Virus record (IMG/VR): IMGVR_UViG_3300021960_000060
Span: 4,070 to 68,069 of that record
Origin: a virus
Length of the DNA stretch: 64,000 nucleotides
Reading direction: 5' to 3' (one strand)
In this document: positions 1 through 11,127 of the stretch, one piece after another
Layout: each line of letters opens with the position of its first letter
Position numbering within the stretch: position 1 is the stretch's first letter
The notes under the pieces: model-generated
Told to the model about the DNA's origin: nothing
Databases searched by the model: none
The model's input: only the letters and a program-made list of their open reading frames with translations
Translations under genes and position numbers: made by a program

Positions 1-2376
1 TTGATTTGTTGTAATATCCCATTTTATTACTCTTGCAGTTGTTCCAGTAATACTTCCAGTAACAATTTCGTTAAATTCAAAAGATCCTGATCCAGAATTT
101 GATGCTGCATCAGAAATTGTTACTTCTGGCAAAATTACATAATTTGAACCAGTATCTGTAATTTGAATTCCAGTTATTGTACCTGCTGCACTCACTAAAG
201 CAACACCAGTAGCAGTATTGATACCAGCAATCAATTCAACATAGTTCTTCTCAGAAGGATTATTAGATATCGTGACTGTAGGTACTGACAAATAACCACC
301 TCCACCAAATGTTACTGCAATACCTGTCACAATTCCACATTTATCAATACCAAATTCAAATGAAGTTGTTGCTATTGAAACATTTGTGGAAACTTCTGAC
401 ATATAAACTGTTCCATATCCAACAGATGTAACATACGTACTTGTTGATATAAAATTGGATGCTGGAAATAATGTATGACTCGTTTCATGATGATATTGAA
501 GTCTAACTCTATCACCAACTATAATGCCAGTAGTAGTTATACCAGAAATGTGATCTGATCCAATTCCAATAGTTCCTGTGGTTTTTACTGAGTCAAATCT
601 CACTGTAGCTATGCCGAGAGCTCTAAATTGTTCATTTGTTCCTGTAGGGGCAGCAATTGTAACGCTAGGAGCAGTTTGATATCCAAATCCACTAGTTGCT
701 ACAGAAACTGATGTAACTGTACCTGCAATAGAAATAGTTGCCGTTCCTGTTGCTCTATATTGTGCAGTAGCACCAGAGAATGAAATTAAAGGCGCGGCAG
801 TATATCCAAGGCCTATAGTTGCACCTGTTCCAACACACCAAGGATCTGTTGTTGAATTAAATCCAACTGCAGTAACAATTCCAGTTATAGGATGAATGGT
901 GGCAATACCAATAGCAATCTCTAAAGGAGCATCTTGTCCACTAGTAGTAGATATCGCAACTGTTGGTGCTGTCGTATATGCCCTACCAGTAGTTGTAAAT
1001 GCAACAGAAGAAGGATCAATAGAAGTACCAGCAATTCCTATTGTTGCAGAAGCACCAAATGATCCAGTAGGAGCAGAGAAGGTAACTGTAGGAACACTTG
1101 TATAGAACTTACTGCCAGAAGTAATGCCAACACTTGATACTGTTCCTCCAGTTTGAGATATATCTGATAGAGTTGCAGTTGCTTCTGCAGCGTTTCCAGT
1201 ACCCTCTGGTAAACTAAATGTTACTGAAGGTACTGACTTATAGAATACCCCTCCTGTAGTCCCTCCTGGGAAGAATAGAGAGGATGAACCAATACTAATA
1301 GTCGCAGCAGTAACACTAACCCCACCACCGACAATTGGAAGATCTAAAGTTGCAGTTGCAGCAGCACCAACATGTTTTGGTGACGAGAAAGTTACAGTTG
1401 GATTTGATGTAGAATATCCAGATCCACCAAAAGTGATTGTTACAATTCCAACTTGACCACTACTAATAACTGAAGTTGCAGCTGCACCACTTCCGCTATT
1501 TGAACTAAAACTTATAGATGGTGCTTGAGTATATCCAGAACCAGCATTAGTCATTTGTACCGTTTGTACTGACTTTAATGAAGGATTTACATTTTTATTG
1601 CATGCTTGAATACCCCCAATCATAATAGCACTTGCTATTCCAGTAACTCCACCTGCAGGTGCTGATGAAATTGCTACTCTTGGAGGTGTATTATATCCAC
1701 CACCTCTATTAGTAACAGCTATTAATCTTATGGAACCATTTGTTATACCTCCGACAACAGCGGTTGCTGTAGAAGCGATTCCTACCATAGTGAGAGTTTG
1801 AGTTCTTCCTAAAAACAAATCTCCATCAACTCCGTCAATTGCTTGCAGTTCATCATCAATTTCAGAAACTCCAGTATCTATAATTTCATTTTCATATCTG
1901 AAGAGTTCACATCTCAACTCATAGGTATAATTTTCTTGCAATTGATAGAAAGGCTTGTCATGTATTACTTGTTTAATTTCAAACAATCTATCGCCAAGAG
2001 GAAAATATAATATGTCTCCCTCTTTTGGTCTAGATGAAAGTTTTACATTATCCTCTTCTACTAATAATGGTGCAATATATTCATTATACCTTTCTTTTGA
2101 TATTACTAGGGTAATCTCATTTGTATTTTGAATGCCAAACTTTGATAGCAATACTGAATTGTCATCATACCCTTCATAGTTTTGAACATATGCTTCAATT
2201 GGATATGAAGAATCAAATTTAGATTCAATAACTTCCTTTATGACTGTTTTTTCAGTCACATACTTTCTTGGAAGATAGTAGATCTCAATACCATATATTT
2301 TTAACTGCTCGTTAATTAAGTCTTGAACTAAACTTTGTTCTGACTTAGATCCTTGTTGGAAAAATGGATTTAACAT
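1..2376 (-). CDS. gp14: Neck protein gp14, extended form (3' end runs off the window)
   Basis: Not in the ORF track. ATG at 2374-2376 reads MLNPFFQQGSKSEQSLVQDLINEQLKIYGIEIYYLPR...SKFGIQ...RPKEGDILYFPLGDRLFEIKQVIHDKPFYQL, the typical cyanophage gp14 N-terminus, followed by GxGY repeats. Directly follows gp13. Confidence 0.9.
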   Translation of the reverse strand, partial: MLNPFFQQGSKSEQSLVQDLINEQLKIYGIEIYYLPRKYVTEKTVIKEVIESKFDSSYPIEAYVQNYEGYDDNSVLLSKFGIQNTNEITLVISKERYNEYIAPLLVEEDNVKLSSRPKEGDILYFPLGDRLFEIKQVIHDKPFYQLQENYTYELRCELFRYENEIIDTGVSEIDDELQAIDGVDGDLFLGRTQTLTMVGIASTATAVVGGITNGSIRLIAVTNRGGGYNTPPRVAISSAPAGGVTGIASAIMIGGIQACNKNVNPSLKSVQTVQMTNAGSGYTQAPSISFSSNSGSGAAATSVISSGQVGIVTITFGGSGYSTSNPTVTFSSPKHVGAAATATLDLPIVGGGVSVTAATISIGSSSLFFPGGTTGGVFYKSVPSVTFSLPEGTGNAAEATATLSDISQTGGTVSSVGITSGSKFYTSVPTVTFSAPTGSFGASATIGIAGTSIDPSSVAFTTTGRAYTTAPTVAISTTSGQDAPLEIAIGIATIHPITGIVTAVGFNSTTDPWCVGTGATIGLGYTAAPLISFSGATAQYRATGTATISIAGTVTSVSVATSGFGYQTAPSVTIAAPTGTNEQFRALGIATVRFDSVKTTGTIGIGSDHISGITTTGIIVGDRVRLQYHHETSHTLFPASNFISTSTYVTSVGYGTVYMSEVSTNVSIATTSFEFGIDKCGIVTGIAVTFGGGGYLSVPTVTISNNPSEKNYVELIAGINTATGVALVSAAGTITGIQITDTGSNYVILPEVTISDAASNSGSGSFEFNEIVTGSITGTTARVIKWDITTNQ

Positions 2377-2377
2377 A

Positions 2378-3226
2378 TCAACCTATCATGTCTAATGGTG
2401 GAAGTTCATAAGTATTTGACATTTTTTCCATTATAGCATCTATCTCCTTTTGAGCATCATCGTATATTTGTCTACCATTCAGTTCAATTCCCCCTGGAAG
2501 TTTAACTCCTTGAAACTTAATTAAATTTTGTCCCCATTGACGTTTAATTAAAGAAGTCAAATATAGTTTTAGGAAAGAATCATTCCAAACTCTCTCGTAA
2601 TCATTTGGATTTAAAGATCTAAAACAATCGATAACAATATGGTTTCCTGCAGATACACTTCCCCAATCAATGTCTAGGTATAGTCTATCCATCCTCTGAT
2701 TGAATCTAATAGCCTTATCAGTTGTTAATAGAAAATTAATATCTTCGAGGTATGTTTTTGTCATTGCATATGTCAACATTTCTGTTGAACCCCACGAATA
2801 AATATCATTTAAAAACATTTGATATTTTACACTGAACATATTGTTTGTTGCAGTGTTACTTCCATCAAAATTATATATTTTTGTTATTCCTATAATGTCA
2901 GGTGGAATTTGTAAAAAATTACTACTTTCACTAAAATTAAAAGTAGTAGAAACTCCAGCAATTGATGTGGTAGCAGTAGTAATTGCTATTCCTGCAGCTG
3001 GTGATTCTCCACCAGGTGCTCTTCCTCTTTCAATATCCTGTTCAGTAATTTCATATTTTAAATATACTTGAGATACTCCATCAAAGTGTCTCTCTTGAAA
3101 GTACTGTATAGCATCATCAACCAAATCATCAATCTGTTCATCAGCAACATTAATTTCTAAAACTGGCGCCCCCAGTTTTCTTTTGCAATAATCAATCAAT
3201 TCCGGTCTATTAGTTGGTTGCGCCAT
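2378..3226 (-). CDS. gp13: Neck protein gp13
   Basis: LIDYCKRKLGAPVLEINV...QWGQNLIKFQGVKLPGGIELNG motifs of T4 gp13. Confidence 0.95.
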   Translation of the reverse strand: MAQPTNRPELIDYCKRKLGAPVLEINVADEQIDDLVDDAIQYFQERHFDGVSQVYLKYEITEQDIERGRAPGGESPAAGIAITTATTSIAGVSTTFNFSESSNFLQIPPDIIGITKIYNFDGSNTATNNMFSVKYQMFLNDIYSWGSTEMLTYAMTKTYLEDINFLLTTDKAIRFNQRMDRLYLDIDWGSVSAGNHIVIDCFRSLNPNDYERVWNDSFLKLYLTSLIKRQWGQNLIKFQGVKLPGGIELNGRQIYDDAQKEIDAIMEKMSNTYELPPLDMIG

Positions 3227-3245
3227 TTTTTATCGCTTTTTGAAA

Positions 3246-3251
3246 TATTTA
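3246..3251 (-). promoter_or_regulatory. T4-type late promoter core TAAATA upstream of gp13
   Basis: TAAATA about 20 nt upstream of the gp13 ATG. The same element precedes other structural genes (12693, 27071, 28014, 55054, 55268, 58105, 58341, 59871, 60793, 63296). Confidence 0.75.
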
Positions 3252-3256
3252 GGGTA

Positions 3257-3436
3257 TTATTCGTTCGGTAATCCAATTATCTTCATCGTCTCTTGTTGCT
3301 TATAATATAGTTTGCAAAAAGATTTTGCTATATTTTTTAGAGACTCATTATCATTACATCCATCTATTTCAGATGCGACTTGCATATATGCAAAACTTTT
3401 AGAGAGATTTGTTAATTTTATTTCATCAGGATTCAT
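3257..3436 (-). CDS. 59-aa helical protein, NblA-like (phycobilisome degradation adaptor-like) candidate
   Basis: Missed by the ORF track: MNPDEIKLTNLSKSFAYMQVASEIDGCNDESLLKNIAKSFCKLYYKQQETMKIIGLPNE. Start overlaps the end of the upstream ORF. Confidence 0.55.
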   Translation of the reverse strand: MNPDEIKLTNLSKSFAYMQVASEIDGCNDNESLKNIAKSFCKLYYKQQETMKIIGLPNE

Positions 3437-3656
3437 TTGTTAAACTCCTTAGTAAATGTTTAATTTCATCAATATCATTTTTAATATTGGAGAGATCAGT
3501 CTCTAATGTATCAATCCTTTCATTCTCTTTTGATTTGAGAGATTTCCTTTTAATGTATTCATCATACTCAGAATTATTTACATTTATTATAGAATTTGTA
3601 TGAGGATCTCTTGCGAGACCCCCATGACCTTTCACTTTAATATAATTTTCTTTCAT
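3426..3656 (-). CDS. Small hypothetical protein with C-terminal coiled coil
   Basis: 76 aa, KVKGHGGLARDP...IIN motif seen at this position in T4-like cyanophages. Confidence 0.75.
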   Translation of the reverse strand: MKENYIKVKGHGGLARDPHTNSIINVNNSEYDEYIKRKSLKSKENERIDTLETDLSNIKNDIDEIKHLLRSLTNES

Positions 3657-3657
3657 A

Positions 3658-6600
3658 TTATGCTAAAGCAATTACGCGAAGATCTTTTGCTCTTGGAACA
3701 AATGCTTGACTAGTAGAAGTCATTACCAATTTAATTCTATAGGATCTAAAAGCAGGAAGCTCGTCAGCAGTGAATGAATATTCCTTAAAGTTTATTTCTT
3801 GAGATTCAAATCCCAATTCATTAGAAGGAACTATAAACCTATCAGGTTTTCCATCACTATCTTCAAGTTTGATAATCTGATTTTTATAATCAAGATTATC
3901 ATATCCTGGGAATGGGAAGAATAATGGGTCAAAGTTTGGATTATCTCCAATTGAATAGAATGCACGTATATCTGAGTAATTATTCACATGTGCATTTAAA
4001 AGAATCTTAATGGAAGTTGCTGGAGATTCTAAACCTATTTCTTTAGAAATATATTGGAATGCTGAAGGATCATCTGTAGAACTAGATACTCTAGGATCTG
4101 TAGAATAATCTGTTATAACTTTATTGACTCTATTTGAAGTCAAAATAACAGCTACTCTTTGAGAGTCAATTACTGGAGATAAAAGTGGATTTGATGTTGC
4201 CAACGTCAATCTCATATTCATGGATTTGTTGCCAGTAAGCAATCCAAGTTTTTCATCTTCATTAACCTTTGAACATACAATTCTAGGTTCATCAAGATAA
4301 TTTGCAGAATTCACTGTTATTGGATCAAATCCAGCGTCAATGAATGGAATTTCTTTTCCATCAATACTCTTACCAGTCACACTTCTAATACTTGCACCAA
4401 CAGTTGTTCCAGGAACAGTCAAGTTTTGAACAATAGGAGTTATAATTTCAAAAGGAATGTTTTGTGTTGCTTTTGCATTATATCCACCAGAAGTTTTGGT
4501 CAAACTTTGATATAATTTTGGATAACCTGCAACAGTTCTATCGGTTCCATCTAGAGACATGTCCAATTTAATATTGTACGAATCAAAAGTAATTGGATTA
4601 CTTACAGATACATTAGAAAGATTGTGTACTTTATTAATTCTCTTAAGAGAAATGCCATTTAGTTCATACTTATAAACTGGAGTTCCAACTGAATATGTAA
4701 GTGGATTGGATCCTCTTACAATATTACCCTGAAGATCATTACCATTCACTGAAGTATATTCAATGATTTCATTTCCAATTTTTATGTAACCTGGATTTGT
4801 TGTCCCAACTCCAACTCCTTCAAATGTTGAGAATTGACTTGCATCGCTAATTTGAATTGATCCTGTAGAATCAGAACTATAGTTTATGCTTAGTTTTGAT
4901 GGTCTTATGTCAGATGCTACGTCAGAGATCTTTACATAATCTTCTCCAGAATACATTCCATGATTCTTATGGTTTACTTTAATATGCAAACCATCAGAAA
5001 CTGTAGTTATAGAATCTACAGAAACGTTTCCACCAAGTTCCCAGTTTAAGTTTGTAGTAATACCTGCACTAGAAACATATCTCATAGTATTTGCAACACC
5101 TGTTAAGAAATCACCTTGAACGTTATCTACAATCAATTGATTAGTATTGGCAATACTGACAATTGAAAATCTTGCATTTCTTCCAACTTCAAGAGAACCA
5201 ATATTTGGAATCGATAAGACATCACCTGCAACATATCCATTACCTGTAGCAGAAATAGTTGCCGCAATAGCAACACCATCTTTAATTGTAACGTCTGCAG
5301 TTGCTCCTGAACCTTTTCCACTAACAGTGCTTAAAACAACACCTCCAAAGATAAATTGACCAGATCCTGGAGTATATCCAATACCTGCATTTATAATATT
5401 AAGATTGCCAGTGGCTATTCCTGCATTTCCAACATAATTACCTGTTGCATCAGAACCCCATTGCATTATAGTATTTCCAAATTCTAATGTAGTATCTCCA
5501 ATAGTAGAAGCAAGACTGATTCTTACTTTTTTTGAATTCATTTCAATAGTATTTGGAAGAAGATTTGCAATCTGATTATTGCCGGAAGTCAATTCCGGAT
5601 TATAGAAGTCAACAGTTCCAGTATCTAAGAAATCTGCTCTGTAAAGATCAAATTTCAAATCTTCCCATTGACTTGGTTCCCAAGTAGAAGCATTTTGAGA
5701 CTTGAATAGTGATCCAAGAGTAGGTTGATTGGAAACAAATGATTGTGTAAGAATGTCATTTTCACCAACTCTTGAAATGAATACGCTATAATCTGCAGAC
5801 TGAGATAACATAACAATAGCATACTCTGTTTCTCCTTTCAGATAAACCGGAGCATCAAATTCAAAGAAAGTTATAGCAGATCCATCATCGGATGTTGTAA
5901 TTTGATTTGGAAACAAGAATACTTCAGAAAGTGGTAAAACTTTTTCAGAAGGAGTTCCTAATTCCATAGTTCTTAACTGAAGAACTACTGGAGTACTTCC
6001 AGCATCGGTAGTATTAAAATATACACCACATTTGGTAACAAAGATTCCTTCCAATTCTTCAACAAAGAATGATTGAGCTAAAGGATCCCATCTTCTTGGT
6101 GGTGCTGGTGGTGGTCTCCTCGGTGGTGGTGGCGGTGGTGGCGGTGGGAATGCCCATATTCTAGTGTTAACAATCGTAGAAGAGACTACTTGAGTATCTG
6201 CAACTCTTCTAATATCTCTAGATTGATTTTGTTGGGTCTGAGTGATTCTAGCATTTCTAACAGAAACAATGTTTTCTTGAACTGTTTCTAATGTTCCAGA
6301 TGCTTCAAATGATTCACTTGCTAAGGTAGTTGCATCATCAACGTCACCATCTTCATCGTTAATTAGTGTAAATGATTTTGATCCTGTCTCAAATCTTGGA
6401 TTTACTGTAATATTCGGATTTGGTACAAAGAAACTTCCAGCAACAGTAGCAGTTATATCAGATACAAATCTGACTGCAGAAACTGTTGCCTGAGCACCAC
6501 TAGTTCCTCCAACAAGTACCATTCCTTGTTGAATAAATCCACTAAATGTTCCTTCAGCAATATTTGAAAGAGAATTTGTATCAACGTTTAAAATTGTTGA

Positions 6601-9600
6601 AGTTGAAGAATATGTTGAAGTGAGAGGTGCAGTAGTATATGGATTCTCGGGATATGTTAAGACCGGAACATCATAAGATCCTGTTCTATGATTCTTTTGT
6701 GCAACTCTAAATTCAATTCTTGGAGAAATATCTAGAGTATCTGGCCCAAGACCAGTATTAATAACGCTTCCAGTTACTGTCTCTCCTACTTGGAAGACAC
6801 CAGAAGTCATTGAAATTTCAATGAGTTTGGGTACACAGTAATTTGTTACATCAACACCATCAAAGAATACATAAACTCTAGTGTTTGGTTTCAATCCATT
6901 GCCAATGAAAGCAATGTTTCTAGACCTCATAAAGGGAATCAAATCTCTACTAACAACTCTATCTCCTACAGAAGTATTATCAATCTGTTCAGAGAAAGTT
7001 GCTCTTGTTCCACTTCTATTACTTACACCAGTATCAACAACATCAAGAAGTTGATCTTGAACAGTATCCCAGCGAATTCCCCATCCAAGCCAGTTAGTAG
7101 TTGTTCTAGTCTGAGTTCTTGTAACTCTTTCTTGACCAGTCCAATTATCTATCCAAGAATTCCAAACGGTTGGAGCAAACCCAGTTTGTGGATCAATGTT
7201 TAGATTTTCTACTGCATCTCTCAGAACTCTTGCATAATTACCTTCAACATTAATAAACTTAGCTTCAAGTCTTACAGTATCAACCCAAACATCAGATGCT
7301 GGAGTAAGTGAAACTGATCCTCTCCAGAAATTTAAAATAAAAGGAGTTACACTTTCAACTCTTGTTCCAAAGTTCTGTGTTAAATATTCGACTTCAGAAT
7401 AATCTAGAGTGATAATATCACTAGATTTTTTAATATTAATACCTTCAGGTTGACTTGTTGATCTGTCTGTATTTGGATCGAACCCTACAACAGGTCCAGG
7501 AATAAGGTCAATTGCATTTGTATAATGAGAAGGTCTTAACTCTTTATTTTTTACATCAATACTATTCTTAAATAAAATAGTAGGTTCTTGTGCTAATAGT
7601 GAAGTGAAATTGTCTACAAAGAATCCGGATTTAAATCTTACTAGTCCTTCACTATCTGGAACAAATAAATTTGCAGTATTTGTTTCAAGTAAAGAAAGAG
7701 AAGTATAATACTCCAAACTCTTAATTCGTCTCTCAAGATTTTGGATGTCAGACATCTTATATCTCTTATGATCTAAAAACTCAATTTCAGCATCTGAAGT
7801 TTTATAGAGATATGGTGGTAAATTGATTGTTGCAATTTCTAGAGAATCGTCAACAACTACAGGTTTTTCTGGTCTTTCTGAAGGAGTTCCATATTTAACT
7901 TGAAAAACACCATCTTTTGTTAAGAATATTCTATCAATTCTTCCCAAGAAGAACGAGAATGTTGTTTGAATACTCTCGTCAGATGCTAATATATTTGCAG
8001 CAGAATTTCCAGAAGAGTTAAATGATCTTCCATGGAATTCTAGAGGAGACCTTAATAGAGATTGTTCTGTTGCAAAATCAGAAACTCTTGGTCTTATATC
8101 AATAATATCTGAATTTCTTGTGAAATTAACTGTTCTAATTTCATTTGTATAATCAAATCCATTTGCATATGAATTTACAGTCGTGATATCTCCATCATCT
8201 GCAGAATCATAATATCCTCCAGAATAATAAATGATAAGTTTTTTAGTTGGTTCTTGAACGCCAGGATTTCTTACAATTGTTCCATAATCATAGAAAGTTC
8301 CTTTTTGTCCTGTTTTATATGAGAAATTTGATGAAACATCAAAACTGTCTGCTGATAATGTTTGTACAATTGAAGTTGAATCAGACTCATAAGAAATAAT
8401 TGTTTCTCCTTCAGTAAAAGTATTTTTATTTCTATAGATAAATGATATTTGAGTAGAAGATATCTTACCTGCAATTATTGCAATTGCGCCACTAGATTGT
8501 CCATGAATTTCTTCTCCTATGATAAATTCTGAAGTTGTTGCGGATGGAGTTGTTATTGAAGAAAGGATTGCTTTTGGTGGGGTCGGATCACTTGTATTTG
8601 CAGACTCATAAATTGCATGAATATCTACAATGTCAGGAACATTTAAACAAATAATGTTATCTTGGACTCTAGTTCCAAAGGGAAATGTTCCATAAACTAA
8701 TCCATCGTTAAGAGTAGTTGCACCAATTCCAGATCCGGCAAGTTTAGATGCACTTATAACAATAGAAGAAACTCTATTCTTTTTCTTGTCTTTTGCTTTT
8801 GGATTTGACTTTCTTAGAGTTGCAATAAGTGTTGCGCCAATGTTATCTGTACCTAGATTGTTAATTTGCAGTTGTGATCCACCAGATATCAAAGCAAACA
8901 TATCTGATGTCAATGCTTCATAAGATCCGTCACTTCTAACAAGGGAATATCTTTCCTCATCAAAAGGTAAAAATGTTTCATTGGTTCCTGCACTTAATGC
9001 AACTGATAATTGATTATTTGCAATATTTACTGTAAACTCTTTTCTAATTGTTAGTGTTGATGTAGTTAAATCAACATCCGAAATATTTTCCTTTGGTAAT
9101 TTAGTAAAAAGAGTATTGTCTGTGGATATATCTAAATTGGAAGTCATTACTGTTAAATCAGTAATATCTAATTGCGTAGAGGGAAGAGATGAAGAAGTAA
9201 CTCCAACGACTGTTTCTACTTGAGCAACCTTTACAGAATTTGTTCCAACTTCAGTAACTCTTGCAAATACTGGGTTACCTAAAGAATTGTCAGTATACTT
9301 GATAATATCATTATATCTTACTAATGTTCCTGGAAAAACATCATTGAGGCTCGTAATCGTACTTATTCCTGCATTAACTGCACTAACTGTAGCAATTCCT
9401 ATTATGTACCTATCAGATTGAATTACGTCTGCAGAGAAAGTTATTCCTGCTCCAACGACTCCATGAACAGATTTGACATTTGAAGAATTGTTTGCAGTTA
9501 ATGCTGCGCCAACGTATCCAACAGATTCTCCGTTAAAAGAAAATGACTCATTTGGAATAAATGATCCTTCCGTATTGTAAACTTGAATACTTCTTGAATC

Positions 9601-11121
9601 TATTACACTATTTAAAAGGTAACCTGTAGCTCCACTATTTTCTCCTTTAATATGAGTAGGAGTGCTCAATGTTACTGGATAGTTTAAAGTTATATCAGTT
9701 GTATATTGAACATCATATAGTCCAATTTCCCAATCGTTTAAATTTTGATTGGATAAACTATAAGATCCAGACTCTAATCTAAAATCATAAACTCTTGCCA
9801 CACCAATTTCGCTTCCAGAAGCAATAGTTGCAGCAGAACCCACTCGTTGGTCTCTCAAACTTAAAACAAAAGTATTTCCTATACCAATTTTTGGAGAACC
9901 GTAGATATTGTTCAAACCAAAAGTTGGTCCAGTATTATAAATTATTGATTGGTCTTTTAAAGTTTTTGTTGTTCTTGGTTTTTCAGAATCTAAATATATT
10001 GCTCCATTTGTTTCAACTCTATATCCTCTTACAAAAGCTTTACCAGAAGAAATTTTATATAATGCCAATTCTTCATCAGGAGTTGAACCTGAATATGTAA
10101 ATTGACCTTCTCTATAAATTCCCCTATTTCCTTTTCTATCGTTTAAAGAATCTTTTACAGATATTTCAAATGGACTGACTGTATAATCTCCAGACTCTTC
10201 ATAAGTTCTTTTTGCTAATTCCTCTGAAAGAACACTTTTATCAGTTGTTTGTGGTTTTACTTTTAAATTTCCATCAACAATTCTGGCAAGTTCGACAAAA
10301 TTAGTATCATCAAAATCTGTTAAATCTTTTTTAAATAGACTTACAGTAATTTTCATTCTATCTGCTCCTGGAGCAGCATAATTACTATATCCTTGAGAAT
10401 TATCGTTTAAATCTTCATCCAAGTCCGAATTGATAATTTCTTCATTAATAAAAAATCCAACTCTTGCATTTGTATTCGTAGTATACTGACTTAATATTAA
10501 TTTCTCTTCCTTTACATTGACAAACTGTCCTCTAAAGAAATATACTCCTTCTAAAATAAGAAAGACTGTCCCCAAAGAAGTAGCATTATTGGAAATCGTA
10601 GATGCAAAAGGAGATCCAGCAGATATTGAAGTATTTCCTAATAATCCAGTTTCAATGGTAGTATTTGATACTAAGTTTTCTCCATCAGAAAAAGTTTCTG
10701 TTACATTATCTTGAGTATTTGATCTAACATATCGGACGTATAAAGTTAAATTTCCTCTTTCAGAATCTGAAGGAAGCAGAACATTATCAACTAATGCAGT
10801 AACGCCGGACGTTTGCCCAGTAATAGTCATTCCTATTAAAGTTTCTGCATATGCAGAAACAGGAATTCCTAGAAAATTATTCGATAATTCTACTGCATTA
10901 TAAAATTGATTGTAGCTAGTATTTCCAGGAATTACTTTAGCACCTTCTTTAAAGAAGTGCTGTCCAAATTTTTTAATTTGGTTTTGAAGTATTGACTGTA
11001 ATCCAGTTAATTCTCTAGCCTGAATTGGATATCCAGGTTTAAATAAAATTTTATAGTAATCGTCATTTGCATCAAAATCGTCAAAATATGGAGCTACGTT
11101 TAAATTTGTTTGCTGAGACAT
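3658..11121 (-). CDS. Large virion structural protein (DUF4815/VrlC-like, baseplate-associated)
   Basis: 2487 aa; N-terminus TNLNVAPYFDDFD...LFKPGYPIQARELTGLQSILQ, plus RFKSGFFVDNF and DPLAQSF motifs; lies downstream of gp8. Confidence 0.85.
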   Translation of the reverse strand: MSQQTNLNVAPYFDDFDANDDYYKILFKPGYPIQARELTGLQSILQNQIKKFGQHFFKEGAKVIPGNTSYNQFYNAVELSNNFLGIPVSAYAETLIGMTITGQTSGVTALVDNVLLPSDSERGNLTLYVRYVRSNTQDNVTETFSDGENLVSNTTIETGLLGNTSISAGSPFASTISNNATSLGTVFLILEGVYFFRGQFVNVKEEKLILSQYTTNTNARVGFFINEEIINSDLDEDLNDNSQGYSNYAAPGADRMKITVSLFKKDLTDFDDTNFVELARIVDGNLKVKPQTTDKSVLSEELAKRTYEESGDYTVSPFEISVKDSLNDRKGNRGIYREGQFTYSGSTPDEELALYKISSGKAFVRGYRVETNGAIYLDSEKPRTTKTLKDQSIIYNTGPTFGLNNIYGSPKIGIGNTFVLSLRDQRVGSAATIASGSEIGVARVYDFRLESGSYSLSNQNLNDWEIGLYDVQYTTDITLNYPVTLSTPTHIKGENSGATGYLLNSVIDSRSIQVYNTEGSFIPNESFSFNGESVGYVGAALTANNSSNVKSVHGVVGAGITFSADVIQSDRYIIGIATVSAVNAGISTITSLNDVFPGTLVRYNDIIKYTDNSLGNPVFARVTEVGTNSVKVAQVETVVGVTSSSLPSTQLDITDLTVMTSNLDISTDNTLFTKLPKENISDVDLTTSTLTIRKEFTVNIANNQLSVALSAGTNETFLPFDEERYSLVRSDGSYEALTSDMFALISGGSQLQINNLGTDNIGATLIATLRKSNPKAKDKKKNRVSSIVISASKLAGSGIGATTLNDGLVYGTFPFGTRVQDNIICLNVPDIVDIHAIYESANTSDPTPPKAILSSITTPSATTSEFIIGEEIHGQSSGAIAIIAGKISSTQISFIYRNKNTFTEGETIISYESDSTSIVQTLSADSFDVSSNFSYKTGQKGTFYDYGTIVRNPGVQEPTKKLIIYYSGGYYDSADDGDITTVNSYANGFDYTNEIRTVNFTRNSDIIDIRPRVSDFATEQSLLRSPLEFHGRSFNSSGNSAANILASDESIQTTFSFFLGRIDRIFLTKDGVFQVKYGTPSERPEKPVVVDDSLEIATINLPPYLYKTSDAEIEFLDHKRYKMSDIQNLERRIKSLEYYTSLSLLETNTANLFVPDSEGLVRFKSGFFVDNFTSLLAQEPTILFKNSIDVKNKELRPSHYTNAIDLIPGPVVGFDPNTDRSTSQPEGINIKKSSDIITLDYSEVEYLTQNFGTRVESVTPFILNFWRGSVSLTPASDVWVDTVRLEAKFINVEGNYARVLRDAVENLNIDPQTGFAPTVWNSWIDNWTGQERVTRTQTRTTTNWLGWGIRWDTVQDQLLDVVDTGVSNRSGTRATFSEQIDNTSVGDRVVSRDLIPFMRSRNIAFIGNGLKPNTRVYVFFDGVDVTNYCVPKLIEISMTSGVFQVGETVTGSVINTGLGPDTLDISPRIEFRVAQKNHRTGSYDVPVLTYPENPYTTAPLTSTYSSTSTILNVDTNSLSNIAEGTFSGFIQQGMVLVGGTSGAQATVSAVRFVSDITATVAGSFFVPNPNITVNPRFETGSKSFTLINDEDGDVDDATTLASESFEASGTLETVQENIVSVRNARITQTQQNQSRDIRRVADTQVVSSTIVNTRIWAFPPPPPPPPPRRPPPAPPRRWDPLAQSFFVEELEGIFVTKCGVYFNTTDAGSTPVVLQLRTMELGTPSEKVLPLSEVFLFPNQITTSDDGSAITFFEFDAPVYLKGETEYAIVMLSQSADYSVFISRVGENDILTQSFVSNQPTLGSLFKSQNASTWEPSQWEDLKFDLYRADFLDTGTVDFYNPELTSGNNQIANLLPNTIEMNSKKVRISLASTIGDTTLEFGNTIMQWGSDATGNYVGNAGIATGNLNIINAGIGYTPGSGQFIFGGVVLSTVSGKGSGATADVTIKDGVAIAATISATGNGYVAGDVLSIPNIGSLEVGRNARFSIVSIANTNQLIVDNVQGDFLTGVANTMRYVSSAGITTNLNWELGGNVSVDSITTVSDGLHIKVNHKNHGMYSGEDYVKISDVASDIRPSKLSINYSSDSTGSIQISDASQFSTFEGVGVGTTNPGYIKIGNEIIEYTSVNGNDLQGNIVRGSNPLTYSVGTPVYKYELNGISLKRINKVHNLSNVSVSNPITFDSYNIKLDMSLDGTDRTVAGYPKLYQSLTKTSGGYNAKATQNIPFEIITPIVQNLTVPGTTVGASIRSVTGKSIDGKEIPFIDAGFDPITVNSANYLDEPRIVCSKVNEDEKLGLLTGNKSMNMRLTLATSNPLLSPVIDSQRVAVILTSNRVNKVITDYSTDPRVSSSTDDPSAFQYISKEIGLESPATSIKILLNAHVNNYSDIRAFYSIGDNPNFDPLFFPFPGYDNLDYKNQIIKLEDSDGKPDRFIVPSNELGFESQEINFKEYSFTADELPAFRSYRIKLVMTSTSQAFVPRAKDLRVIALA

Positions 11122-11127
11122 AATTCT

